Of a stretch of DNA of 51,554 nucleotides, positions 37,693-51,200 are shown in pieces. The DNA lies in the NCBI GenBank assembly GCA_038214085.1, contig JBBQSF010000003.1, positions 1 to 51,554 on the forward strand, given 5' to 3'. Positions within the stretch are counted from its first letter, which is position 1. The number at the start of each line of letters is the position of its first letter. The stretch comes from Bacteroidales bacterium (GTDB lineage Bacteria; Bacteroidota; Bacteroidia; Bacteroidales; CG2-30-32-10). Under the pieces are notes generated by a model that worked only from the letters and a program-made list of their open reading frames with translations, was not told the DNA's origin and ran no database searches. The translations under genes and the position numbers were made by a program.

Positions 37693-39009
37693 TTACCGTT
37701 TTATGGTCTGTAACCTGTCCGGACCAACAGAAATGAAAGTAATAGGAACGCCAGTATATTCTTCAATAAAGCGGATATAACTGTTTAATTCAGTCGGAAA
37801 TTCATCAGTACTGGTCACAGTAGTAAGGTCTTTTTTCCACCCAGCAAGCTCAGTGTAAACCGGTTCTACAGAATCATTGTCATAAGTATAAGGAATATAA
37901 TCAATATTGTTTCCTTGATATTTGTATGCAGTGCAAATTTTAATGGTGTCCAGGTCGCTCAGAACATCTGTTTTCATCATGATAAGTTCAGTAACTCCAT
38001 TAATCATGATGGAGTATTTTAATGCGGGCAGATCAAGCCAGCCGCATCTTCTGGGTCTTCCGGTAGTGGAGCCGAATTCGTTTCCCGTTTTGCGGAGCAT
38101 TTCGCCGGTTTCGTCAAACAGTTCGGTGGGAAATGGACCATTGCCAACACGTGTGCAATAGGCTTTGAAAATTCCATAAACATTTCCAACTCTTGAAGGC
38201 GCAATTCCCAGTCCGGTGCAAACGCCTGCACAAACAGTATTTGAAGAAGTTACAAAAGGGTAAGTTCCGAAATCAACGTCGAGCAAAGAGCCCTGAGCGC
38301 CTTCGGCAAGAATAGTCTTATGCGAGCGGAGGTATTCATTAATCAGTATCTCGCTGTCGACAAATGTAAATTTGCGGAGTGTATCGATTGATTTTAACCA
38401 CAATTTTTCATAATCACGAAAGGAAATGCCATCAACTAGAAATTCATCAATGTTAAAACCGAAACAGGGCTTGTAATATTTCTCCACAAGATCGAGATGG
38501 TTGTTTCTTAACTTTGTGTACGAATCAGTAAAATTACCTTGAGCAATATCGCCGATTCTTAGTCCGTTGCGTGCTACTTTATCTGTATAGGCAGGGCCAA
38601 TACCTTTGAGCGTGGAGCCGATTTTTGCTTTTCCTTTAGCGGCTTCCAGAGCAGCATCCATTAAACGGTGAGTAGGAAGTATGAGGTGTGCCTTTTTTGA
38701 AATCAGCAGATTGTTTTCTGGGATTACATTTCTTGCTCTGAGCTTAATGATTTCTTTTTCAAAGATCACGGGATCAATGACAACTCCATTGCCGATTACA
38801 TTTATTTTTTCTGGATGAAAAATTCCTGACGGAATGATGTGCAGCACATGTTTTATGCCATCAAATTCAAGGGTATGACCGGCATTTGGCCCGCCCTGAA
38901 AACGAGCTATAACATTGTAGCCGGGAGTAAGTACATCTACAATTTTACCTTTTCCTTCGTCGCCCCATTGCAAGCCTAATAGAACATCTGCTTTTTCAGA
39001 TACTGACAT
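37693..39009 (-). CDS. purA: Adenylosuccinate synthetase
   Basis: GLQWGDEGKGK, GGPNAGHT, EGAQG, GTYPFVTSS and TTGRPRRCGWLD motifs. Confidence 0.98.
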   Translation of the reverse strand: MSVSEKADVLLGLQWGDEGKGKIVDVLTPGYNVIARFQGGPNAGHTLEFDGIKHVLHIIPSGIFHPEKINVIGNGVVIDPVIFEKEIIKLRARNVIPENNLLISKKAHLILPTHRLMDAALEAAKGKAKIGSTLKGIGPAYTDKVARNGLRIGDIAQGNFTDSYTKLRNNHLDLVEKYYKPCFGFNIDEFLVDGISFRDYEKLWLKSIDTLRKFTFVDSEILINEYLRSHKTILAEGAQGSLLDVDFGTYPFVTSSNTVCAGVCTGLGIAPSRVGNVYGIFKAYCTRVGNGPFPTELFDETGEMLRKTGNEFGSTTGRPRRCGWLDLPALKYSIMINGVTELIMMKTDVLSDLDTIKICTAYKYQGNNIDYIPYTYDNDSVEPVYTELAGWKKDLTTVTSTDEFPTELNSYIRFIEEYTGVPITFISVGPDRLQTIKR

Positions 39010-39039
39010 GATAATGAATATAAAAAATGAAAACTTGGA

Positions 39040-39483
39040 TTAATTGTGTTTGCTGCATCTTCCGTAAATACTCAGGGAATGATGCGAAATTTCAATCTTC
39101 AGATTTTTGGCCACGGAATTAAGTATTTCCTGAATTCTGGGATCGCAAAATTCCTGAACTTCGCCACACTCAATGCAGATAAAATGATCGTGTTGTTTGA
39201 ATTTGAACGCTTTTTCAAACTGTGCTACATTTTTACCAAACTGATGCTTTATCACCAGCTTACAGGCTAAAAGCAACTCTATTGTATTGTATAATGTAGC
39301 TCTGCTCACACGGTATTTGTTGTTTTTCATTCGGATATAAAGTGTTTCAATATCAAAATGACCGTTATAGAGATAAATTTCCTTTAAAATGGTATATCTT
39401 TCCGGGGTTTTACGGTGTCCGTTTGCTTCGAGGTATTTGGTGAACAGTTGTTTTACGTTGTCTAAAGTTTCGAGGTCGCTCAT
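39040..39483 (-). CDS. fur: Fur family transcriptional regulator
   Basis: [21 protein letters not shown] and [10 protein letters not shown] motifs. Confidence 0.9.
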   Translation of the reverse strand: MSDLETLDNVKQLFTKYLEANGHRKTPERYTILKEIYLYNGHFDIETLYIRMKNNKYRVSRATLYNTIELLLACKLVIKHQFGKNVAQFEKAFKFKQHDHFICIECGEVQEFCDPRIQEILNSVAKNLKIEISHHSLSIYGRCSKHN

Positions 39484-39580
39484 GGTTTTTCCTTTAAAAT
39501 TTCCGATAAAGTTATGTAAAAAAAAAGCAATAAAACAAAATTATTTAAAAAATTTCTAAATAGTAAATGAAAAAAAATTG

Positions 39581-41830
39581 TCAAGCTTTATCAAAACGGA
39601 AAGCCTGCTGGACGCCATCGATTTTTTTGATGTTATTCATTAGCCTGTTCAAATGGCTGGTATCGTGAACATAAAGCATTACAGTGCCTTCAAAGGTACC
39701 TGAGTCGCTTTCTATACTTATAGAGCGGATATTCATATTTAGCTCGTTTGAAATAATCTTGGTAATATTGTTAACAATTCCAACCTTATCAATTCCTATA
39801 ATTTTAATTCCGGCTAAAAAGGCAAGGGACTCATTGTTGGTCCACTTGGCTTTAACCATCCTGTAAGCATATTTCGACAACATGTTTATAGCATTGGGGC
39901 AATTGTTACGGTGGATTTTGATGCCTTCATTAATAGTAACAAAACCAAAAACATCATCTCCTGGAATAGGATTACAGCATGGCGAAAGCGTATACTGAAG
40001 CTTATCCATATTGTCGCCTATAAGCAACATGTCGGGTTTGTTTTTTAATATACTTGAAATGGAAGAAGTTGCCTGTTCGGTAGTTGCTTCGGGTTCTTTT
40101 TTCTGGCGAACAAAAGGAGACGTAAAGAAACGGAACAAACCGGATTTTTCTTTATCCTGCGAATAGGCTTTTATTTCACGCAGGCCAATTGATCCGATTG
40201 CCACCTTATAAAACAAATCCTGTGAATTCGGAAGCTTGAAATAATTAAGCATTTTTGAAATATTTGCCGTGTTAAATTCAATTTTCAGATGGCTTAATTT
40301 ACGCATCAGAATTTCTTTTCCCAACTCAGCAGTTTTTTTCTTTTCTTCTTTAAGTGCTGATTTAATGCGCGATTTTGCTTTTGCAGTGATCACATAATTC
40401 AGCCAGTCTTCCTTGGGTTTTTGTTTTACCGAAGTAATAATTTCAATCTGGTCGCCGCTTTTCAGCTGGTGGCTCAATGGAACAAGTTTGTGGTTTACTT
40501 TGGCACCAATACACTTATCGCCAATCTGGGAGTGAATATTGTAAGCAAAATCGAGTGCCGTTGCCTTTACAGGAAGGGTTTTAAGTTCACCTTTAGGCGT
40601 AAAAACAAACATTTCGTCTGAAAAAAGATTGAGCTTGAAATCATCGAGAAAATCTAAAGCATCGCCATCAGGGCTTTTGAGCAATTCTCTGATTTTTTTC
40701 AGCCATTCGTCCAAACCGCCTTCGTAAGAGTTGTCTTCTTTATCTTCTTTGTATTTCCAATGTGCTGCGTATCCTTTTTCGGCAATTTCGTCCATTCTTT
40801 TTGAGCGTATCTGAACTTCAACCCATTTTCCTGCATTGCTCATAACAGTGGTGTGAAGCGATTCGTATCCGTTTCCTTTTGGATTCGAAATCCAGTCTCT
40901 AAGCCGATCAGGACTAGGTCTGTAAAAATCAGTAACAATTGCATAAGCTCGCCAGCAATCAGATTTTTCATTTTCGGAAAGGCTGTCGATTACAATTCTG
41001 ATTGCAAACAAATCATAAACTTCTTCGAAAGGAATTTGCTTCTTTTTCATCTTTTCCCAAATGGAGTGAATGGATTTGGTGCGGGATAAAATGGTATAAT
41101 TCATTTCCTGTTTGCTGAGCGATTGTTTGATAGGATAAATGAATTTATTGATAAAACGTGATCGTTCTTTCTGTGTATCCTGAATTTTCTGAATGATATT
41201 GTTATATACTTCGGGTTCAGTATATTTAAGAGCAAGATCTTCCAGCTCGCTTTTTATTGCATACAAGCCAAGGCGGTGAGCTAAAGGAGCATATAGATAT
41301 AAGGTTTCGTATGAGATTTTAAGTTGTTTTGGCCTTGTCATTGCATCAAGTGTGCGCATATTGTGAAGGCGGTCGGCAAGTTTGATCAGGATAACTCTTA
41401 CATCATCAGAAAGAGTAAGCAGCATTTTCCTGAAGTTTTCGGCCTGCATTGAAGGAGAAGAGTGATCAAAAATCTCTGATATTTTTGTAAGCCCATCAAT
41501 GATTTTAGCCACTTTTTCGCCAAACAAACCTTTGATATCGGCAAGGGTATAATCGGTATCCTCAACTACATCGTGCAATAGCGCGCAAACAATGGAAGTG
41601 GTGCCAAGTCCAATTTCAGCGGAAGAAATATGGGCAACTGCAATAGGATGATAAATATAGGGTTCGCCGGTTTTGCGACGCATATCCTTGTGCGCTTCAA
41701 CAGCAAGGTTAAAAGCTTTTCGTATGGCTTTTTTATCCTCTATATTGGTGTTGGGCTTGCAAACTTTTAAAAGATTACGGTATCTTTTAATGATTTCTTC
41801 ACGTTCTGTTTCTATGTCAAATTCCTGCAT
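39581..41830 (-). CDS. relA: Bifunctional (p)ppGpp synthetase/hydrolase (RelA/SpoT family)
   Basis: GEPYIYHP, intact HDVVED, KLADRLHNMRTL, GYESLHT, EVQIRS, AAHWKYK, plus TGS and ACT domains. Confidence 0.96.
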   Translation of the reverse strand: MQEFDIETEREEIIKRYRNLLKVCKPNTNIEDKKAIRKAFNLAVEAHKDMRRKTGEPYIYHPIAVAHISSAEIGLGTTSIVCALLHDVVEDTDYTLADIKGLFGEKVAKIIDGLTKISEIFDHSSPSMQAENFRKMLLTLSDDVRVILIKLADRLHNMRTLDAMTRPKQLKISYETLYLYAPLAHRLGLYAIKSELEDLALKYTEPEVYNNIIQKIQDTQKERSRFINKFIYPIKQSLSKQEMNYTILSRTKSIHSIWEKMKKKQIPFEEVYDLFAIRIVIDSLSENEKSDCWRAYAIVTDFYRPSPDRLRDWISNPKGNGYESLHTTVMSNAGKWVEVQIRSKRMDEIAEKGYAAHWKYKEDKEDNSYEGGLDEWLKKIRELLKSPDGDALDFLDDFKLNLFSDEMFVFTPKGELKTLPVKATALDFAYNIHSQIGDKCIGAKVNHKLVPLSHQLKSGDQIEIITSVKQKPKEDWLNYVITAKAKSRIKSALKEEKKKTAELGKEILMRKLSHLKIEFNTANISKMLNYFKLPNSQDLFYKVAIGSIGLREIKAYSQDKEKSGLFRFFTSPFVRQKKEPEATTEQATSSISSILKNKPDMLLIGDNMDKLQYTLSPCCNPIPGDDVFGFVTINEGIKIHRNNCPNAINMLSKYAYRMVKAKWTNNESLAFLAGIKIIGIDKVGIVNNITKIISNELNMNIRSISIESDSGTFEGTVMLYVHDTSHLNRLMNNIKKIDGVQQAFRFDKA

Positions 41831-41858
41831 CTTGTCCTTTAATCCTTATATATTGTGA

Positions 41859-41866
41859 CAAAAGTA
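41859..41866 (-). promoter_or_regulatory. sigmaA -7 element for rel-fur-purA
   Basis: TACTTTTG on the minus strand 28 nt upstream of the ATG. Confidence 0.6.
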
Positions 41867-42246
41867 AAGCATTTTTAAGAGAAAGGCAACTTAAAAAATT
41901 CAGCAAATTTAAATTCGGATTTCCAATAAAAAACAACCATATTTAAAAAATAAAAATAAAAACTAAAACGGTTTAATTTTGTTTTTGACATCAGCAGTGA
42001 TTGTAATATATTAGTATAATATTTTGAATATTAAAGTATTATGTATATATGCTTACATAAAATACTGAAAAACATAGGATTAGTAAATAGGCATTACTTA
42101 CTTGCGTTAAAATTCCATTAAAAAGCGAAATTATTCGATAAAAAAGTATAATAATTTTTTTTTATATGGCTATTAATGTGTAATATTGTAAGTTAAATAA
42201 ATATAGTAAATAAATAAATCCAAATAATTAATTAATAGTTTTTTTT

Positions 42247-45200
42247 ATGAAAAAATTAGCTCTACTTTTTGCTCTTTTCATGATTGGCACCCTTGGGATA
42301 TCCCAAACGGTTTTGTACCATGAAAATTTTGAACTTCCTTCAGTTGGTGACAGTGTGGTTTCTTCTGGAAACCCGGGATGGTTTGTAAGTACGAAACTAT
42401 TTAACGGTGGCTTGCGTTGCGACACAAGTAAAGTTGTCGCAAACGATTCAACGTTTCTGACTACAACAACATTTAGCACTACCGGTTACGGCAATGTTAT
42501 TTTGCAGTTTTCGCATATTTGTAAAGTTGAGTTTTTTGATAATGCGACAATTGAAGTTTCAAATAACGGTGGAGCCACATGGACACAGCTTGCTGCTGCG
42601 CAGTATTTGGGTACTGGCCAGTTTGGCAGTAACGGAAACAAGTTTGCATCCACTTCTTATGGGGATTGGTTGCCAGGCACTCCTGCAGCAATTCCTACAA
42701 ATTCGTGGTGGAAAATGGAGCAGTTTGATATCTCGGCTTTAGTTGGCAATACAGCTAATGTAAAAGTACGGTTTAAACTTAAGGACGGCAACGGAACAGG
42801 TGCCGGAAGCAATTATGGTTGGCTTATTGACGACATTAAGATCAATGCTTCGGTTTCGGAGTTAATTCCTCCTGTAATTACCTTGAATGCACCAATTATG
42901 CAGGATACTATTTATAGTACAGGCCCTTTTACTATTTCTGCCAATATTACAGATGTTTCTGGTATTCAATGGGCAAAAATTGCATATAAGATCAATGCAG
43001 CTTCTACTTACGACACTATTACTATGAATAACACTACAGGAAATACTTATGTTGGTGTAATTCCAAGTTATACATACAATACAAAAGTATGGTATCATAT
43101 CATTGCAAAGGACAATTCGCTTTCACATAATGTGGGTCTAAATCCCAGCTCGGGAGATAAGTGGTTTTATACAAAACAGGGGCCCACAGTTGTTATTATT
43201 GGCACAGGAACGAGTGCTGCAAGTGTCTTGCCTGCCAACGGCTATTACAACTATAGCTGGGGAGCAATGCTTTATAAGTCTAATGAAATTAACTATAATG
43301 GACAAATCGATTCAATTGCCTTTTATGTTTCTACTGTTACAGCTCCTTATACAATGAGCAATCAAAAAGTTTTTATTGGCCATACCTCTGCAACAACTTA
43401 TGGTACGGCACAACCCGACACCACAACTATGACTGTTGCTTATACTGGTGTTGTTACTTTTACCGGACCTGGTTGGTACAAAATCAAACTTCAAACTCCC
43501 TTTTATTATAACGGCACAAGTAACCTTTTAATTTACTGGATGAATCGTGATGGCTCTTACGTTTCCGGATATCCGACGTTTGCATATACCCCCACCACTA
43601 ATAATATGGCAGCATATGTTTATAGTGATACTTATGCTAGTGTATACCCAACTTCTGCGGGAACCCAAACATTAAATCGTCCAAATTTACGAATTGCATT
43701 CGTTACTACAAATTACGGCGAAGATGCAGGGATCAGTATGGTAAATGAACCCACAGGAATTGTACTTGCAGGATCCCCTCTGCCTTTAAAAGTTACTGTG
43801 AAAAATTATGGTGTAAATACCATAATCAAGGCAACCATTGGGTGGAAATTAGACGGTGTTGCGCAGCCAACATATAACTGGACAGGAAGCCTTGCGCAAG
43901 CTGTTTCTTCTGCTCCGGTTACAATTGCCAGTCAAACATTTTCGGCAGGATCCCATACAATTAAAGCATGGACAACCTTGCCAAATGATAGTATTGATGA
44001 AAATCACATGAACGATACTATTTCGTCATCGTTTTATGCTTGTGCAAGTATCTTGAACGGCACTTATACTATTGGTACAACAGGAACCACTGATTTTCCA
44101 ACATTTGCTGCTGCATATAATGCAATGCAGAATTGTGGAATAAGCGGACCGGTTGTTTTTAATGTACAGTCTGGAATTTATACGGAACAACTGACATTCC
44201 CAGAAATCTTCGGCGCATCGGCTACAAACACCATTACCTTTCAATCGTTGACAGGTGTAAATACTGATGTAACCTTGCAATATGCCAATACAGTCTCAAA
44301 TAATTATGTTATTAAACTGAATGGAGCTGATCATTTCCGTTTCAAAAATATGACATTGAAGTCGATAGGCACAACTTACGGTCGTGTTATTGAAATGACT
44401 GGAAATGCAATAAACAATCAATTCGATGGAAATAAAATTACAGGTATTGCCACTGCATTAACATCAACTGACTATGCTTTGGTTTATTCTGCAGCAGCAG
44501 CCACTTCACTCGACTCAATGACGGTACTTAATAATAATGTATTTACCAATGGTTCTTATGGTCTTTATTGGTATGGTGCAAGCACAACATCATTAGAGTC
44601 CCAGACAACAATTACCAATAATACATTTACAAACCAATACTATTATGGTATGTATATCTATTACCAGAATGCGCCAATTATTTCAGGAAATACCATCACT
44701 ACTAATTCAGCCTATACTACATTCTATGGTATTTATACCGGATATTGTGATAACAACTTGAAAATAGTAAAAAATAAAATTTCAATTGCCTCTGGAGGTT
44801 ATGGTATTGAACCTTATTATTGCGACGGAACTTCTGCTAAAACAGCTTTGATTGCAAATAACTTTGTACAGGTTGGTGGAACAGCTACTGCTTATGGAAT
44901 TTATACATACTATTCAACATATCTGAATATATATTACAATAGTGTTAATGTTACTTCTACAAGTGCAACATCAGGTCGGGCAATCTATGTATATACAGGC
45001 TGCTCTGCTGTTGATGTTAAAAACAACATATTTGCCAACAATGGTGGTGGTTACGCATTCTATTCGGGAATTACTACAGGTGTTACATCAAACTACAATG
45101 ATTTATTTACAACAGGTATCAACGTTGGTTATTGGACTGCAAACAGAACAAACTTAGCTGCATGGCAAACTGCTTCAACTCAGGATGCAAATTCGATATC

Positions 45201-48200
45201 TTCCAACCCTTCATATACCAGCTCAACAAATCTACACACATTTGATTCTGGCTTAAATGGGCTTGCAACTCCTATTGCTTCTGTGACAACAGATATTGAT
45301 GGTGATGTAAGAAATGCAACTACTCCTGATATTGGTGCTGATGAATTTACACCATTGGCTACAGATCTAGGTATATTAAGTGTTATTTCTCCTGTTACTG
45401 GTTGTGGTTTAAGTGCAACAGAAAATGTTACCATACAACTTAAAAATTTAGGAGGTACTGCAATTACAACAGCTAATATTTATTATCGTTTGAATAACGG
45501 TACTCCTGTAAGTGAAGTTTTTACCGGTTCAATTGCTCCAAATGCAACATTAAACTATACATTTACTCAACAGGTCAATCTATCAGCAGTTGGAAATAAT
45601 ACTTTTAAGTTTTATGTTTCTCTAGCAGGCGATTTAAATCTTTTAAACGATACTATTTCAAATTATATGGTTTCGAATGGTTGGGATTTCTATACTTCAG
45701 CATATACCATGGGATTTGAACCCGCAGACAATATGGCGCAATGGTCAAAACTAGATGTTAATGCGGATACACGTACATGGGAATTTCCTTATGCCAGCAC
45801 CACTTATTCTCATACCGGAGGAAATTGTGCAAGGTTTTTTAACAGCTCATCCGCTGCAGGAAATGACTGGATGTTTACTAGATGCTTTACTTTAAATGCT
45901 GGAAGTTCATACAAAATTGAATACTGGTATCGTGTTGAAAGTGCAACGTATCCACAAAATATTGACTTTAAAGTTGGAACCTCTGCTACACCAGCAGCTA
46001 TGACAACAAACTTGCTGACAATGGCTGGTTTTACTAATGCAACATATCAGAAAGCTACAGTTACTTTTACTCCCACAACTTCAGGGACTTATTATTTCGG
46101 ATGGTATGCTTATAGCGCAGCAGCAAACTACTATGCTTTTATTGACGACATCAACATTTCGCTGTTACCGCCTCAGGAAGCATCAATAGTTTCAATTGAA
46201 TCTCCGGTATCTGGTTGCGGATTGGGTAATGAAAATGTTACCATAAAAATTACCAACAACGGTTCTTCTGCAATTAATGGCGGCTTAACAGCATATTATA
46301 AACCTGTTGGTGGCTCGGTAGTATCCGAACCAGTAACTGCTTCAATTGCTGTAGGCGCTACTTATAACTTTACTTTTGCCACCAAGTTGAACATGGCAGT
46401 TACAACCACCGATTCTACATTTGTTCTATCGGCTTGGGCTAAATTAGTTGGAGATCCTTTTACTTCAAACGACTCAATAAGCAAGGATATTAGGTCATAT
46501 CATGTGCCAGCAAATCCTACAGTGATTAGTGATACTGTTCCTTATGGTGGTATTGCGCTTTTACATGCAATTTCTCTGGATTCACTATACTGGTATAGCG
46601 TACCCACAGGAGGCACTTCAATAGGTACCGGAGCTTATTTTACTACTCCAGCCTTATATGTTACCACACCTTATTATGTTGAAGCAAAAACTGGAGCTCC
46701 AGATTTAAAAATTACGGAAGTTACTCAATACTCTACCGGAACTGGTGCAACTTCTCCTTATCCATCGTGGTTTACCACTAGTGATTGGGATGGAATTGAA
46801 ATTAGCAATTTAGGTTCAGCAGTGGCAGATTTAACAGGATACACATTTCACGTTGAAGGACCAAATATTATTGATTATACAATTCCTGCTGGTGTTACTT
46901 TAGCATCAGGCGAGGTGTTAATCCTATCACGCGTTGGAGCTGCTACTGACGATCCTGCACATAAATTTTATGTAATGTCAACGACAGGCGGAACAAGCTC
47001 AGGCGTAGCTAACGGATACTATCTAAAGGATGCAGCAGGCACTGTTGTTGATGCTATTGCTACTGATGGATATACATTTTCGGCTGGTTCAGGTGTTACT
47101 GCAGCCGATTGGACTGGTACTCTTCCAAGTTCTTCTGGTTTAGCCGGTGCAATTCGAACCATTTCTGATAATAATACCGCTGGCGATTGGGTAGTATCTT
47201 CTGCTAGTGTAAAGCAAACGATAGGATCATTAAATCCTACATTATCTGCCGGAATTGGTGGAGGTGGATGCGCCAGCAGCAGAGTATCTGATACCGCTTA
47301 TGTTCAGCTTTTAGCTGTTGAAGCTGGTATTGTTTCAATGCCATTCCCTGTGAGCGGTTGTTCCGACGGATTAGAAGATATCATTATTAAAATCAGAAAC
47401 AATGGTAATGATACTGTTGACCCTGGATTTACTGCGTCATATGTTTTAAATTTAACTGCTCCAGTTACTGAAACCATTAACAGTCAGATTTTACCTGGTG
47501 ATACATTAACGTATACATTCACAACCCCGCTAACTGCAGGTTTGTCATCCTCTAATATTGATTCTTTATTCCATATTATTGCATATGTTACAATCCCTAC
47601 AGATAATTTTGCTACTAACGATTCAATAACAAAATCAGTAACACTTAATTTTACACCAGGGGTACCTGTTGTAAATAATGTTACGATTCCTTATGGAAAT
47701 ATTGCAACATTAAATGCTGTTTCTACTGATTCTGTTTTCTGGTATGATACCCCTACTTCACAAACTGAAATACAGATAGGCCATTCCTATACTACTCCTG
47801 TTTTATACAGCAACACTGTTTACTATGCGGAAGCATCTATTTACTCACCCGGACACAGCACAACTGTGGGAACTGGAACAGTGAGTCAATCATATATTCC
47901 TGCATACGGGTATTATGATTACAGCTGGAGTGCTATGTTGTTTAATGCATCCGAAATGGGATTTGCAGGTAGAATTGATACGATTGCCGTGTATGTGAAT
48001 AATGCCGTTTCTGGATTCCAAATGCTTGCACAAACAGTATATTTGGGTGAAACCACTGATATGACTTTTGCAACTGCAGACAAACCCGACCCCTCAACCA
48101 TGACACTTGTATTTACTAACGACCTAACATGGAACGGTCCGGGTTGGTATAAGATTCCATTGCAAACACCATTTAATTATTCTGGAACCAAAAGCCTAAT

Positions 48201-51200
48201 GTTATATTGGGAAAATAACGACGGTGATTACGTATCAGGATACCCAACATATAATGCTACTACTACAACAGGAAACAAAGCAAAGTATGATTATCAGGAC
48301 TCCTCATTCCCAACGGGTGCTGGTACTTTAACAACAAGCAGGGCAAATATGATGTTTATTCATACGGCCAAAGGTTGCTCGAGTGCAAGAGTTTCTGATA
48401 CAGTATTTGTAACTGGTATTCCAACATGTGATGCTGGTGTTATTGCAATTGATAATCCAAATTCTGGTATAGATCTTACAGCAACTGAGCAGGTAACGGT
48501 TCAGGTTAAAAACTACGGAACTGCTTCTGCAGTTAATGTTCCGGTTAAATATGTAATTAATAACGGTACTCCTGTTTCAGAAACAATAGCAGGGCCAATT
48601 GCATCAAATGCAACTGTTTCTTACACATTTACTGCCACTGCAAATCTTTCTGCATTTGCTACCTACCAAATAAAAGCTTATACTGCTCAAACATGCGATT
48701 TGACAAATGTTAACGATACTGCAACAAAAACGGTAATTAACAATCCGTTACTTTATTGTACATCTGCTTCTACTTCTCCAACTTCATATGAAGATATTGG
48801 AAATGTTACGATTAGCAATGTAAATAATGGAATTGCAACCCCGGTAACAACTAACACTACTGCAATTAACGGATATTCTGATTTCACTGTATCTGTTCCT
48901 GCGGTACAACTTGCAATGGGAGTTACTTATCCAATTTCGGTTAGTGTAATATCAGCTACAAGTTTTTACAGCACTTATGTTAAAGCATTTATTGATTATA
49001 ACAGGGACGGTGTATTTGATCCTGTTACCGAACTTGCTTTTGGCGGACAGACAACTTCAACAACTCCAACAATTACCGGAAATGTTGTTGTTCCATTAAC
49101 CGCAGTTTCTGGTCAGGTAACCCGAATGAGAGTGGTTGCTGTTGAAACTACAGCGGCTGCAGATGTTACTCCATGTGGAACATATACCTGGGGTGAAACA
49201 GAAGATTATTCAGTAATTATTGCTCCATTGATTCCTAAGGATGCTGGTGTTATTGAAATTATCAAACCACTTGCTCTTCAGGCTCAGGGTGATGTTGTTA
49301 TTCCTAAAGTAAGAATTAAAAACTTTGGAACGGACACACTTAAAGCTGCCAATAACATGTCCATTGCTTATAAAATTAATGGAGGCACTGCTGTAACAGC
49401 TCTTTGGACAGGTAATCCATTGCCACCTAATGGAATTGATACAGTGAATTTGGCTTCATTTACAGTATTATCTGGATCCAACAATATCTGTGCATATACC
49501 ATTTTGGCTGGTGATACCAACACCTTTAATGATCAGACTTGTAAATCATTCTATGGTACTCCAAACATTGATGCAGGTGTAACTCAAATACTTCAACCTG
49601 GTAGCCAGGTGATGTCGGGTGCTTCTATACCTGTGAAAGTTGTATTTAAAAACTTTGGTACAAATGCAATAACATCAATGAATATTAATTATAAACTAAA
49701 TGGAGGTGCTGCTGTAGTTCAGGCTTGGACAGGTAACCTGTTGCCAAATGCTCAGGATACGCTTGTTCTTGCTAATGCTATTGCCCCTGCTTCGAACTTC
49801 ACACTATGTGCTTATACTTCATTAACTGGCGACGGAGATCATTTGAATGATACTCTTTGTAAAACAGTATTTGGAGTTCCATCTTCAACATTGCCTTATT
49901 ATGATGATTTTGAAGGAACGGCTATGTGGTACAATTCAACAGTAAACCCTGGCACATCGTGGGAACTTGGCGCTCCTTCGTACGGCGTTACCAATAATGC
50001 CCATTCTCCTTCCAAAGCATGGGATGTTAATTTAACTACAGCCTATGGAGGCAGTGCTAATTGCGAATTATATACTCAGATGTTTGATTTTACCGGAATA
50101 GTAAATGCAAAACTTTCATTCTGGCGCAATCATTACACCGAAGCAACTTATGATGGAACTAATCTTGAATACAGTACTGATGGAACCACATGGCAGGCAC
50201 TTGGAACAATTGCTGACCCATTGGGAGTTAACTGGTATACCAATACAATTTCAGGAGGAGGTTCGCATCAGGCATGGGCCGGTCAGTCTTCGGGTTGGGT
50301 AAAATCAGAATACACACTCACACCTCTGAATAACATGCCTATGGTTCAATTCAGATTTGTATTCAAATCAGACCCTTCTGTACAATATGACGGTTTTTCA
50401 ATTGATGACTTCTCAATTACAATTCCATCACAGTTAGATGCTGGTGTTGAAGCAATCACAAAACCTGGTGTACAAACAAGCGATGGTGCTAGCTATAATG
50501 TAAAAGTGCGCATCAAAAATTTCGGTATGGACACATTACAAACTATACCTGTTTCTTATACCGTTAATGGAGGCATTCCAGTTACCGGAACATGGATAGG
50601 TTATCTTGCTCCAAACGATACCGTAAGTTATCAGTTCACTCAGGCGTTGATTTCTCCTGCAGGACAATTCAATTTGTGCTCATATACTTCGTTAACAGGT
50701 GATGGTGATCACTTGAATGATACCACATGTAAATCAGTAACTGGTATTCCTGTATTTAATCTGCCTTACAGCGATGATTTCGAAGGTACTAACTATTGGT
50801 TAAGTTCTGATGGTACTGCTCAGTGGCAATGGGGTGTTCCTTCTGCTACTACCATTAATACTGCTCATAGTCCAACACATGTATGGGCTACTAATGTTTC
50901 CGGTAATTATGTTGGCAACATGAACGACAATCTGTATTCTCCAATATTCAATTTATCTACTCAGATTGATACTGTGGTTATGGAGTTCTGGCACTGGTAT
51001 AATACGGAAGCCGGCACCGATGGTGGTAATATTCAATATACTATTAATGGAGGAACAAACTGGATAACCATGGGTTATGTGGGCGATCCTTTGGCTACCA
51101 ACTGGTATACAACAACAGTAAGTGGTAAAGGATACTGGATGGGCAATTCAACAGGTTGGGTTAAGTCAACTTATAAGATTCCTAAAAACATTGACTTTGG

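Noticed and set aside
37693-41830. rel-fur-purA linkage as a novel regulatory module
   Set aside because: I recognise this neighbourhood as common in Bacteroidota and the proteins look canonical.
42228-50302. Scattered short ORFs suggesting a non-coding or degraded region
   Set aside because: All are shadows of the single giant frame-1 ORF starting at 42247.
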